A stretch of 64,000 nt of DNA from Mobula hypostoma (Eukaryota). The notes beneath the pieces are model-generated. The model made no database searches. It worked only from the letters and a program-made list of their open reading frames with translations, and was not told the DNA's origin. Made by a program: the position numbers and the translations under genes. Positions within the stretch are counted from its first letter, which is position 1, and each line of letters opens with the position of its first letter. Where the stretch lies: positions 29,328,001-29,392,000 of the forward strand of contig NC_086108.1 of NCBI RefSeq assembly GCF_963921235.1, written 5' to 3'. Of this stretch, positions 1-11,834 are shown one piece after another.

Positions 1-1278
1 TACCGGTGCCTAAGAAAAACAGGGTAACCTACTTCAATTACTATCATCCAATAGCACTTACATCAACTATGATGAACTGTTTTGAGAAGTTGGTGATGAA
101 ATATATCAATTCCTGCCTATGAAGTGACTTGGTTCCAATCCAATTTGCCTACTGGAGCAACAGGTCCACAACAGGTGCCATCTCATTGGCTCTTCATTCA
201 ACCCTGGAACATCTGGACAATAAAGATGCATATATCAGAATGCTCTTTATCGACTACAGCTCAGCACTTAATACCATCATCCCTTTAATACTAATCAATA
301 AGCATCAAGAGTTTGCCTCAATACCTCCTTGTGGAATTGGACCCTCAATTTTCCCATTTGCAGACCCCAGACATTTAGGATTGGCGACAACATCCCTCCA
401 CGATCTTCATCAGCACGGGTGCACCATAAGACTGTGGGCTTAGCCCCCAGCTCTACTCGGTTTACATCTATGACTGTGTAGTTAAGCACAGTCCAATGCC
501 ATATTTAGGTTTGCTGATGGCAGCACTATCGTAGCTAAAGCAAAGGTGGCAATGAATCAGCATACAGGAGGGAGAATGAAAAGCTGGCAGAGTGGCCCCA
601 TAACAAAAACCTCTTTGTCAATGTCTACAAGATCAAGGAGCTGACTATTGACTTCAGGAGGAGGAAATCAGAGGTGGATGAGCCTGTCTTCATCAGGGCA
701 TCAGAGGCGGAGAGGGCCAGCAACTTTAAATTCCTTGGCATTATTATTTCAGAGGACTTGCCCTGGGCCCAGCACCTCTACTTCCTTAGGAGTTTGTGAA
801 GATTTGGCATTACATGTAAAACTTTGACAAATGTCTATAGATGTGTAGTGAAGAATATATTGACCAACTGTGTCACAACCTGGTACAGAAACACCAATGC
901 CCTTGAATGGAAAATCCTACAAAGAGTAGTGGATACAGCCTAGTCCATCATGAGTAAAGACTTCCTCACCATCGAGCACATCTACATGAAGCATTATCAC
1001 AGGAAAGCAGCGTCCATCATCAGCGACCTCTATCACCCAGGACATGTTCTTTTCTCATTACTGCCATCAGGAAGAAGGTACAGGAGACTCAGGACTCACA
1101 GAGGCTCAGGAACTGTTATTACCCCTCAGCCATTAGGCACTTGAGTCAAAGGAAATAACCACTCAGTTTCACTTGTCCCATCATTAAAATGTTCCCACAA
1201 CCTATGGACTCACTTTCAAGGACTCTTCATCTCATGTTCTTGATATTTATTGCTTATTAATTTATTATTATTATTTCA
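1..1278 (+). mobile_element. Rex1/Babar-type non-LTR retrotransposon, degenerate 3' part (RT to 3' UTR)
   Basis: Broken frames give PVPKK..., [41 protein letters not shown] and C-terminal HPGHVLFSLLPSGRRYR; AT-rich (TTA)n-like end. Confidence 0.8.
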
Positions 1279-1499
1279 TGCCTGAAGAATGTTGGGAAAC
1301 AGGCGGTCAGTGAACTCCAGGAGCAGGAACTCATCCACCATGAAAAACCACAGTTTTGCATGCTTTTGCAGATCAGGGACCTCAATAGAACTCCAGCCAC
1401 CTTGCAAAGGGAAAAAAAGAGACATTAAAGACGGGAGTTTAAGCTGATTCCAGAGATGAGCTTGAAGAGGCAGCCACTTGCGTTATCTTAATTCCGCCT

Positions 1500-1930
1500 A
1501 TCTTAACTTCTATTTTGGATTTTCTGAGTATGCCCGCAAGAATATTAATCTCAGGGTTGTATATGGTGGCATGAATATACTTAGATAGTAAATTATCTTT
1601 GAACTTTTCAACTTTGAACCATTAAAAATTCCCTGCATCATACATCTGCAGAAATTTGCTGAACTTTGTAGACATACCAAATCTCCTCAAACTCCTAATG
1701 AAGTAGAGCTGCTGCTGTGTCTTCGTCATGATCACAGCAATGTGTTAGGCCCCGGATAGATCCTCGAGATATTGACACTCAAGAACTTGACGCTGCCTTT
1801 CTCACCATTGACCCTTCAATGAGGATTGATGTGTGTTTTCCCTGACTTCACCTTCCTAAAGTCAATACCTTGGTCTTGGTCACGTTGACTGTGAGGTTGC
1901 TGCTTCCACTCAACCAGCCAATCTATCTCA
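1500..1930 (-). mobile_element. Rex1/Babar-type LINE fragments
   Basis: Antisense similarity to the RT 3' part seen at 600-850 (gtcaagttcttgagtgtcaatatctc; lyfirslrrfg-type coding). Confidence 0.5.
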
Positions 1931-2250
1931 CCTCCTCACCTCCCATTTGTCAGTGTCCCAAAAGATATCAAAGGATTAGAATTGTTCTCTGCAGAACCAG
2001 TTCCCTCAGCACATCAAATAGAGCAGGATTTTGCACTATGGTCTTGTAGACGCATCAATATTACCTGACATCCACACTCCCCAACTCTTTTTTCTTGTTA
2101 GTAATATTAGCTAGACCGATCACTTCAAAGCAGAACTAATCTCATCATTGAGCCATAGAGGACATAAATGCATGTTCAGACTGACCATTTAAAACCTACT
2201 TATATAGATATTAGCATTAATCCCATTGTAACATCCAACCCCACCGCCCC

Positions 2251-2252
<2 letters not shown>

Positions 2253-2296
<44 letters not shown>
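2253..2296. repeat. (CA)n microsatellite, about 22 units
   Basis: Direct reading. Confidence 0.98.
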
Positions 2297-2298
<2 letters not shown>

Positions 2299-2319
2299 CT
2301 CATCAACTCCCTCTAGATT

Positions 2320-2545
2320 CTATCACTTACAAAATTACTAGAGGCAACTTACAGTGGCTATGTAATGCACCATGCAGCATGCCTTTGAACTGTGGGAAGA
2401 AGGCAGCAGGCCGAGAGGAACACGTGTGAACATGGGGAGAGTGTGTGAACACCACACAGATAGTGTACCAAGTCAGAATGGAAATCCATTCTCTGGAGCT
2501 GTGATGCAGCAGCACTAAATGCTATTCCACTGTTGCAGCCCAATC
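2320..2545 (-). mobile_element. V-domain SINE (HE1-like), degenerate
   Basis: Reverse complement has the V-core-like tgtgtggtgttcacacactctccccatgttcacacgtgttcctctcggcctgctgccttcttcccacagttcaaag. Confidence 0.65.
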
Positions 2546-2546
2546 T

Positions 2547-3122
2547 CAGTCAGAGTTGACCATGGATATTGCGTCCTGGCTGTCTAGGTACACAAGCCTG
2601 GACAGGGCAATATGGAGAGCAAGCTGTTGCCCATGTAGCAATCTCCCCTCTCCATGCATCTGATGAATCCAAAAGGAACGGCAGAGACTGATACAGTTTG
2701 ATATCAGCAGTGTCGCAGGAGTTGCCAGTCAGCATTGAATTCAATGTAGGACTGCCCTAGGGACTCCAGCTCCAGATTTTTCCCTCGGGGTTTACCCCCA
2801 AAGCCTTTCCCATGAGTGGATATAGCTGCAAGGCAGAAGAGGGTTGAGATCAGAGTTTTCTTTCTCCTAGATGAGCTGCCAACCACAGCTGACGAGCCCC
2901 ATCTGCCCGAAGCGACTGGTTTTAAGGCATCAGTAACTTGCCTTTGCCCCTTCTCCTGTAGGTAGAAATGGTTCTGCTGGACATAATAGCTAGCCACACG
3001 TGAAGGGCAGGAGCTGGACTTGATTGCCAGAGGCTATTTAAGGCACACACAATTGGGAACTTTTAATAGGTAATGGGAGCTTGTCCCCATTATCACTCCA
3101 TTTATAACAACCTTAAGGAACC
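2547..3122 (-). mobile_element. Non-autonomous RTE-derived element (about 570 bp); second copy at 31783-32356
   Basis: End-to-end similarity to the inverted copy at 31783-32356; contains ggagaaggaaaactctga-like RTE 5' UTR motif; no coding capacity. Confidence 0.6.
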
Positions 3123-3454
3123 TTCAGGAGCAGTTAAAGCTGTGAAATAAAATGACAAGAGAGCTGGAAGGTATGAGTTGTATTTGAATTGCATGACATC
3201 TACATTCAGAATTAAAGACTCTGAATGTAAATCAAATACAGGTTTACATTCAGAAACGGTACAGCAGTTCAAGCATATGACAAAAATAGAATGAACATTG
3301 ACACAAGTCTATGAACAATAAATTGGAGCCAGGCTCCCAGACAGAATAAATTAGATGCCTTTAAGAGTCACATTTCACTTTAGCCATTTATAAAAGTCAC
3401 CAGTTCACATATTGCGCTCTGATATACAAAGGTATGTGATACTGGTAGGCCATT

Positions 3455-3790
3455 ATTCAGAATCAGAATCAGGTTTAATATCACTACTACATTTTGTGAA
3501 ATACGTTGTTTTGTGGCAGCAGTACATACATAATAACAGAATATAAATGACTATAATATATATATGTACACATACAAAAATTTAATTAAGTAATGCAAAA
3601 AGAGAACATTGCCCATTCCGAAATCTGATGGTGGAGGGGAAGATGCTAACACTGAAACATTGTGTGTCTTCGGCTCCTGTACCTTCTCTTTGATGGTAGC
3701 AATGAGAAGAGGGCATGTCCTGGTTGATGGAGGTCCTTAATGACAGATGCCACCTTTTGAAGATGTCCTCAATGCTGGCGAAGCTAGTGC
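3455..3790 (-). mobile_element. LINE 3' end (Rex1/Babar-type) with (TTCTGA)n tail
   Basis: tcagaatcagaatcaggtttaat tail; antisense IFPSTIRFRNG C-terminal-like peptide. Confidence 0.6.
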
Positions 3791-3951
3791 TCAAACCAAG
3801 TTGTCAAACTGCCAAGCTATCAGCTTTCTGGGTGCTGTGCCAATCTTTTCTCAAGCCGACAACCTCTTCATGTCAGCTATTGTCATGAGAATGCACACAA
3901 AATACAGCGAATAATAGGAGACAAATTTGATTCTTTTGTCTGTTGCTCTCG

Positions 3952-3955
<4 letters not shown>

Positions 3956-4002
<47 letters not shown>
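3956..4002. repeat. Compound (CT)n(CA)n microsatellite
   Basis: Direct reading. Confidence 0.95.
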
Positions 4003-4054
4003 CATAAGCAGTGCAAAATGGAACACTTGCCCCATTACAGTTCTATATTTGTCA

Positions 4055-4450
4055 ACGTGGAGTGGGAAGCGAGTTTGTAAATCTGGCGGGAACAAAGGAT
4101 GCTGGGAATGGTGAGAGTGGTGCGCCACAGGAGGGGTGTGGGACAGGAGGCAGAGAAGGAGTGCCAGGGATGGGGCTGGCAGACATACCCAGCGCTGAGA
4201 CACCAGGCAATGTCAATTGAATCTAAACAGATGGTGCGTGTGTTGATTATTTCAGAATATCTCTCTGGTGCTTCCCGCTACCTCCCCACTCCCTTCCCCT
4301 TTTCCCAATCATGATTCCCCTCTCTCTGCTCCCTTTCCTCTCTCAGTCCACAATAGAGACCCATTTCAGAATCAGGTTTATCATCACTCACATATGATAT
4401 GAAATCTGCTTTATTTTGTGGCAGTAGTACAGTGCAATACATAAAATTAC
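4055..4450 (+). repeat. Unclassified interspersed repeat; inverted second copy at about 50805-51215
   Basis: gagtttgtaaatctggcgggaacaaaggat...caggaggggtgtgggacagg matches the reverse complement of 51090-51180; both copies translate to SEFVNLAG.KD.G.GE.GA.QEGCGTGGRE.VPG. Confidence 0.75.
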
Positions 4451-4452
4451 TA

Positions 4453-4525
4453 CAGTACTGTGCAGAAGTCCTCAGGCACCCTAGATATATAGACTGTATG
4501 TGCTTAAGACTTTTGCACAGTACTG
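4453..4525. mobile_element. Tc1/mariner-type micro-MITE (73 bp)
   Basis: TIRs cagtactgtgcagaagtc / gacttttgcacagtactg, flanked by TA on both sides. Confidence 0.75.
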
Positions 4526-4848
4526 TATGTAGAAGATAGAGAGTTATGAGAAGGATAACTTGTTCATATACAGAGTGATTGATACTCCCACGCGCCATCG
4601 GCCTCCACTTTACTGCTGGCTGACTTTAAATGAATGATGGCAGGGTTGCTACAAGCTGCCTTCACACCCTTGAGTTATGCAGAGGCAAAATGGCTTCATT
4701 TTCCCCTTATGATTGTGGTTCAGTGATTGTAAGTGATTGTTGTGGACATTGGGTGTCAAAACTGGTCTGCAAGTCAATAAAATCTCTGCCCAGGCACAAA
4801 CATACAAGTTGGACAAATGTTATTTGCTAGTCACATTAGTTTGAGCCT

Positions 4849-5030
4849 CACACATCAAAGTTGCTGGTGAACGCAGCAGGCCAGGCAGCATCTCTAGGAA
4901 GAGGTACAGTCGATGTTTCAGGCCAAGACCCGTCGTACCTCTTCCTAGAGATGCTGCCTGGCCTGCTGCATTCACCAGCAACTTTGATGTGTGTTGCTTG
5001 AATTTCCAGCATCTGCAGAATTCCTCGTGT
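4849..5030. mobile_element. Penelope-derived hairpin element (two inverted PLE termini)
   Basis: 59-bp arms 4849-4907 and 4935-4993 with 1 mismatch, matching the termini of the PLE at 59460-63074; 13-bp TSD ttagtttgagcct at 4836-4848 and 5031-5043. Confidence 0.88.
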
Positions 5031-6029
5031 TTAGTTTGAGCCTTGCATGATTCAGAAAACAAAGTAAATTGGAATGGCCTTATATCATTACCAGAGCTGA
5101 ATTTTCTACATTCACCTTCCCATGGATTTTCAATTAACTGGTTGGGATGTGGTGATCTAGCAAGTTCAGAACAAAAGACTCAGCTTTCCTCTTCAGATCC
5201 TGCTCCCACTCTGTATAGATTTCTTCTTTCTTTAGTTTCCTTTCTTTGCCTCCTTCACTGAGAACATCTAATTTTGGAGAAGCCACCACTCAGCTGTCCA
5301 CCTCATAAACTGGTTAGTGTGCTGGGAGGAAACATTAACTCAGTAACCATAGAATTATTTTAATTGTAGCACAATCAATAAGCAATTTTATCCAACTATT
5401 TTTCCAACAATTCTCTTTCTGAAGATACATTCAACTGATCCTTCCCTCCAGTACAATGGTAAGTTTTCTGATTCTTAATCTTTGTGGTCTCTTTGAATAA
5501 GACAGATATTTCTAATAGTGTCAACTAATCAGCCATTTCACATGGATTAGCATTTAAATGTATTTCTTTCCAAGCTTTGTTTAACATTAAAATATCTGTT
5601 TGGTTTAACAGTAAATTACCAGTATTGACTCATTGAGAAACCTCTAGGATTGAAATAGACATAAGACAATCAGCTGACAAAATCAAGGATACATTGCTTT
5701 TAAAGTTAGAGGATGGAAATTGAATTGTAATTTCAGCAAGAGTCCCCACAGCAATGTTCCCGCTATTTTTTTTTTACAGCTGCATGAATCAAACTTTGCT
5801 CTGAGCAGTAAGTTCTTACACAGCCTGAAAAACTACATGGCATTTAAAATGGATGTTTTTGTAATCTGCATATTACAAAGTTGGCATTCAGTAGGCCAGT
5901 GGTTTATAAACAATGAGCTACTGGCTTCCATTCTGTGTTTATTGTTACCATTTTGTAACAGTGTAACTTAAAACACTGACAATGTAAATACGTTGAAGTT
6001 CTATAATGCTTCAAAGTAAAGATTGTGGT

Positions 6030-6901
6030 ACAGAAACATAGAAAACCTGCAGCATAATACAGGCCCTTCAGCCCACAAAGCTGTGCTGAACATGTCCTTA
6101 CCTTATAAATTACTAGGGTTACCCATAGCCCTCTATTTTTCTGAGCTCCATATACCTATCCAGGAGTCTCTTAAAAGACTCTATTGTATCTGCCTCCACC
6201 ATCATCACCGGCAACCCATTCCACGCACTCACAACTCTGAGTAAAAAACTTATCCCTGACATCTCCTCTGTACCTACTTCAAAGTACCTTAATACTGTGC
6301 CCTCTCGTACTAGCCATCTCAGCCCCGGGAAAAAGCTTCTGACTATCCACACGATCAATACCTCTCATCCTCCGTCGCTCCAAGGAAAAAAGGCTGAATT
6401 CACTCAACCTCTTCTCATAAGGCATGCTCCCCAATCCAGGCAACATCCTTGTAAATCTCCTCTGCACCCTTTCTATGGTTTCCACATCCTTCCTATAGTA
6501 AGGCAACCAGAACTGAGCACAGTACTCCAAATGGGGTCTGAACAAGGTCCTATATACTGTAGCCGCAACATTACGTCTCAGCTCCTAAACTCAATCTCAT
6601 GATTAATGAAGGCCAATGCACTGTATGCTTTCTTAACCACAAAATCAGCCTGTGCAGCAGCTTTGAGTATCCTATGGACTTGGACCCCAAGATCCCTCTG
6701 ACCCTCCACAGTGCCAAGAGTCTTACCATTAATACTATATTCTGTCATCGTATTTGACCTACCAAAATGAACCACTTCACATTTATCTGGGTTGAACTCC
6801 ATCTGCCACTTCTCAGCCCAGTTTTGCATCCTATTAATGTCCCGCTGTAACCTCTGACATCCCTCCACACTATCCACAACACCCCAACCTTTGTGTTATC
6901 A
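6030..6901 (-). mobile_element. CR1-clade LINE, 5'-truncated 3' end
   Basis: WQMEFNPDKCEVVHFG, RPHLEYCAQFW, ERVQRRFTRMLPG, RVVSAWNGLP; tail agaaacatagaa. Confidence 0.92.
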
Positions 6902-8924
6902 AGTATGTTGAGTACTTAGAAAAATTACGGATTATATTCATTAGCACATAATTGATTGTAGGGCATTTCACATTATACTAACATAGATTTTAAAATTGTA
7001 TTAATATTATGTGGAAGAAAATTCCAACTGTGCAGCAACAAAGGCTATCTGTGCGGGGACATTTTAGTTACTTCGCGGCTGCACACCTGAACAGCTTTGA
7101 GGGAAATATGCTCCACAGTGAACAAATTCTTTAATCCTCAATTAGAAGATACACAGTAAGCTTCCAAACCAATGAGCCTGTAAATTATTCTCGGCAATGT
7201 CACAGTGATTCATTAATGAGCAGGTATGCCAGCCTGCTTTGGAATAATTTCGGGGCTCATTCAGAACAGGAAACGCCTCCATTGTGAGATCGTGACATAA
7301 AGGCTCCTGAATGATACACTTGTTCACTATATCAAACACTGTTTATTCATCAGAACCTGGATGCACTTTGTAGTTGTGATATGAAGTATACCAAAACTAT
7401 AATTGCTCTCCGTAGAAAATTTCCTGGCTGCCGAAAGTAATTGCCTTTCTTGGTATTTTCATCCATTCAGCAGCTTGTACCTTTTACATATCAGCATGTC
7501 CCATGTCACCATAGCAGGAACACTATTGAAGAAAATATGACACTGTGCCTCGTAAGGAGAATCAGCAAAGGTTGCCAAAACTGGTAAAGGAGATAGGTTT
7601 AAGCAGCATCATTAAAGAAGAGAATGGAGGCGGAGAGCCAGAAAGGTTAGGGAGGGATTTCCAGGATTTGGGGCCTTGGCTGCTGCCAATATCTTCCCAT
7701 GCTTTTCCTGTGGGGGAGGTTAATCATTATATATGCATCCTTCCAGCTATTATTTAAATGAATTTTTTCCACTCACTGTCCTTTGTGTTCAATCTGAAAT
7801 CCTTTTTTAACTGTATCATAGCAGTGGCTGAGTCATCATATGTAGATTATTGTCTGCCTGTGAAAGTGCATGACCTTTACTGGCTGATACTAACACATAA
7901 GCACTCAAGGACAGCTGTGTGACAGCTCTTTGTCAATGACTTGAATGACTAATTTGTTCAAACGGGGTAAGGCATACACTGAAATAGTCAAATGGAAAAA
8001 CAGGCTCCATGCGCCAACATCACACTGCATAATTCTAAAGATATTTTTATATTAAGAACACTTACGTTGAATCTTCTACAACCACTGAATTTTAAGCTTG
8101 AACTCACTTCAGCTTTGGTAAGATGGTGGGATTCTTGACCCCTTGTTGGACCAGGGACAGTGTGTGACAGAGTGGACTGCAGGGCAGGGTATGCGTTTGC
8201 TAGGTTACGGGGAGAGAGGTGCGTAAGGAGCATGTGATGAAGAATAAGTGTAGGAACAGATTGATGGGATTGCTCTAAGAGCCAGCATTGTCTCAATGGG
8301 CTGAATGGTCGTCTTCTCCATTATAAGGAAAATTGAGAACTATGAAAATATGAGGACTTTTGGTGATGATAAAAGTTCAGCGAAAACCTGGCAAAACCTG
8401 GCAAAATACCATAACCTGTTGTGTGCTTTGGGAAGAAAAAATAGTATTTTGCGGTCAGATTTATATTTTAAAATTTTCCAGACGGCATGCTAAAAAAAGA
8501 GACTGTTTAGCCCGGATCTAGACAGGATTCTACACTTGGTTGAACTGCCATTGGCTGCAGGGTTTGCTCCAGCTTTTTCCAGGACTTCCATATGAACAGC
8601 TGAATCCCTGTGTGCTCTGGGAATGCAGCCATCAGTATTTCCTTCTCTCTGCGTGACAGAGGGCTCTGCTGCAGCAAACCTTTCCACCTAGATGCCAGGC
8701 AGGGATACTGTGAACCTTACCCTGTCAGGAGAGCTACATTAAATGACAAACCAGAGGTCAGTGTAATATGGTTTCCTGTGAATAGAGCCTCAGATGGTGC
8801 TTGTTGTTTAAAGCCAGCAGCCAATAGAACCAAATGAATTTTAAATAAAAATTATGATATTATATTAACAATATAATGGAGAATCTCTTAATATTAAAAA
8901 CATCATCCAAACCAAGGTAGTTCA

Positions 8925-9055
8925 TAAATGGGCAGCACAGCTGTGCCTCCCCACAGCTACAGAGACCCTGGTTTAATCTTGACCTTGTCTGTATTCCATG
9001 TGGAGTTTGTACCTTCTCCCAGTGACCAAGTGGTTGTTCCTCAAGTGCTCTGGTT
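8925..9055 (+). mobile_element. V-SINE 5' part; continues at 11691-11834 and 14709-14740, split by two CR1 insertions
   Basis: V-core tgtggagtttgtaccttctcccc...gtgctctggttt resumes as tctcccatgtcccaaagatgtg after the first CR1. Confidence 0.7.
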
Positions 9056-11692
9056 TAGAAACATAGAAAATAGGTGCAGGAGTAGGCCATTCGGCCCTTC
9101 GATCCTGCACCGCCATTCTGTATGATGATGGCTGATCATCCAACTCAGAACCCTGTACCAGCCTTCCCTCCATACCCCCTGATCCCTTTAGCCACAAGGG
9201 CCATATCTAACTCCCTCATAAATATAGCTAATGAACTGGCCTCAACTGTTTCCTGTGGCAGAGAATTCCACAGATTCACCACTCTCTGTGTGAAGAAGGT
9301 TTTCCTCATCTCGGTCCTAAAAGGCTTCCCCTTTATCCTCAAACTGTGATCCCTCGTTCTGGACTTCCCCAACATCAGGAACAATCTTCCTGCACCGAGC
9401 CTGTCCAATCCCTTTAGGATTTTATACGTTTCAATCAGATCCCCCCTCAATCTTCTAAATTCCAACGAGTACAAGCCCAGTTCATCCAGTCTTTCTTCAT
9501 ATGAAAGTCCTGCCATCCCAGGAATCAACCTGGTGAACCTTCTTTGTACTCCCTCTATGGCAAGGAGTCTTTCCTCAGATTAGGGGACCAAAACTGCACA
9601 CAATACTCCAGGTGTGGTCTCACCAAGGCCTTGTACAACTGCAGTAGTACCTCCCTGCTCCTGTACTCGAATCCTCTTGCTATAAATGCCAGCATACCAT
9701 TCACCTTTTTCACCGCCTGCTGTACCTGCATGCCCACTTTCAATGACTGGTGTATAATGACACCCAGGTCTCGTTGCACCTCCCCTTTTCCTAATCGGCC
9801 ACCATTCAGATAATAATCTGCTTTCCTGCTTTTGCCACCAAAGTGGATAACCTCACATTTATCCACATTAAATTGCATCTGCCATGAATTTGCCCACTTA
9901 CCTAACGTATTCAAGTCACCCTGCACCCTCTTAGCATCCTCCTCACAGCTAACACTGCCGCCCAGCTTCGTGTCATCCGCAAACTTGGAGATGCTGCATT
10001 TAATTCCCTCATCCAAGTCATTAATATATATTGTAAACAACTGGGGTCCCAGCATTGAGCCTTGCGGTACCCCACTAGTCACTGCCTGCCATTCTGAAAA
10101 GGTCCCGTTTATTCCCACTCTTTGCTTCCTGTCTGCCAACCAATTCTCTATCCACATCAATACCTTACCCCCAATACCGTGTGCTTTAAGTTTGCACACT
10201 AATCTCCTGTGTGGGACCTTGTCAAAAGCCTTTTGAAAATCCAAATATACCACATCCACTGGTTCTCCTCTATCCGTTCTACTAGTTACATCCTCAAAAA
10301 ATTCTATGAGATTCGTCAGACATGATTTTCCTTTCACAAATCCATGCTGACTTTGTCCGATCATTTCACCGCTTTCCAAATGTGCTGTTATCACATCTTT
10401 GATAACTGACTCCAGCAGTTTCCCCACCACCGATGTTAGGCTAACCGGTCTGTAATTCCCTGGTTTCTCTCTCCCTCCTTTTTAAAAAGTGGGGTTACAT
10501 TAGCCACCCTCCAATCCTCAGGAACTAGTCCAGAATCTAAAGAGTTTTGAAAAATTATCACTAATGCATCCACTATTTCTTGGACTACTTCCTTAAGCAC
10601 TCTGGGATGCAGACCATCTGGCCCTGGGGATTTATCTGCCTTTAATCCTGTCAATTTACCTAACACCACGTCCCTACTAACATGTATTTCCCTCAGTTCC
10701 TCCATCTCACTGGACCCTCTGTCCCCTACTATTTCTGGAAGATTATTTATGTCCTCCTTAGTGAAGACAGAACTAAAGTAATTATTCAATTGGTCTGCCA
10801 TGTCCTTGCTCCCCATAATCAATTCACCTGTTTCTGTCTGTAGGGGACCTACATTTGTCTTAACCAATCTCTTTCTTTTCACATATCTATAAAAGCTTTT
10901 ACAGTCAGTTTTTATGTTCCCTGCCAGTTTTCTCTCATTATCTTTTTTCCCCTTCCTAATTAAGCCCTTTGTTCTCCTCTGCTGAACTCTGAATTTCTCC
11001 CAGTCCTCAGGTGAGCAACTTTTTCTGGCTAATTTGTATGCTTCTTCTTTGGAATTGATACTATCCCTAATTTCCCTTGTCAGCCATGGGTGCACTACCT
11101 TCCTTGATTTATTCTTTTGCCAAACTGGGATGAACAATTGTTGTAGTTCATCCATGTGATCTTTAAATGCTTGCCATTGCATATCTACCATCAACCCTTT
11201 AAGTGTCATTTGCCAGTCTATCTTAGCTAATTCACGTCTCATACCTTCAAAGTTACCCTTCTTTCAGTTCAGAACCTTTGTTTCTGAATTAACTATGTCA
11301 CTCTCCATCTTAATGAAGAATTCCACCATATTATGGTCACTCTTACCCAAGGGGCCTCTCACGACAAGATTGCTAATTAATCCTTCCTCATTGCTCAAAA
11401 CCCAGTCTAGAATAGCCTGCTCTCTAGTTGGTTCCTCGACATGTTGGTTCAAAAAACCATCCCGCATACATTCCAAGAAATCCTCTTCCTCAGCACCCTT
11501 TCGAATTTGGTTCACCCAATCTACATGTAGATTGAAGTCACCCATTATAACTGCTGTTCCTTTATTGCACACATTTCTAATTTCCTGTTTAATACCATCC
11601 CCAACCTCACTACTACTGTTAGGTGGCCTGTACACAACTCCCACCAGCGTTTTCTGCCCCTTAGTGTTATGCAGCTCTACCCATATCGATTC
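9056..11692 (-). mobile_element. CR1 LINE, 5'-truncated; ORF2 (APE C-part + RT) broken by frameshifts
   Basis: ORFs 11264-11698 (YRPP, MGDFN, SDHN), 10436-11242 (KSPGPDG), 9555-10430 (YLDFQKAFDKV, GVPQGS, KFADDTK), 9145-9528; tail tagaaacatagaa. Confidence 0.95.
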
Positions 11693-11834
11693 TCCCATGT
11701 CCCAAAGATGTGAGGTTTACTGGTCACGTTCCCTGAGTATGCAGTTGGAAGGGGAATATGCAGAGAATAGATTGCAGGAATATTAGTTGGGGATAGAATT
11801 GTTCTGAGGGCTGGGCTAGATTTGATGAACCAAA

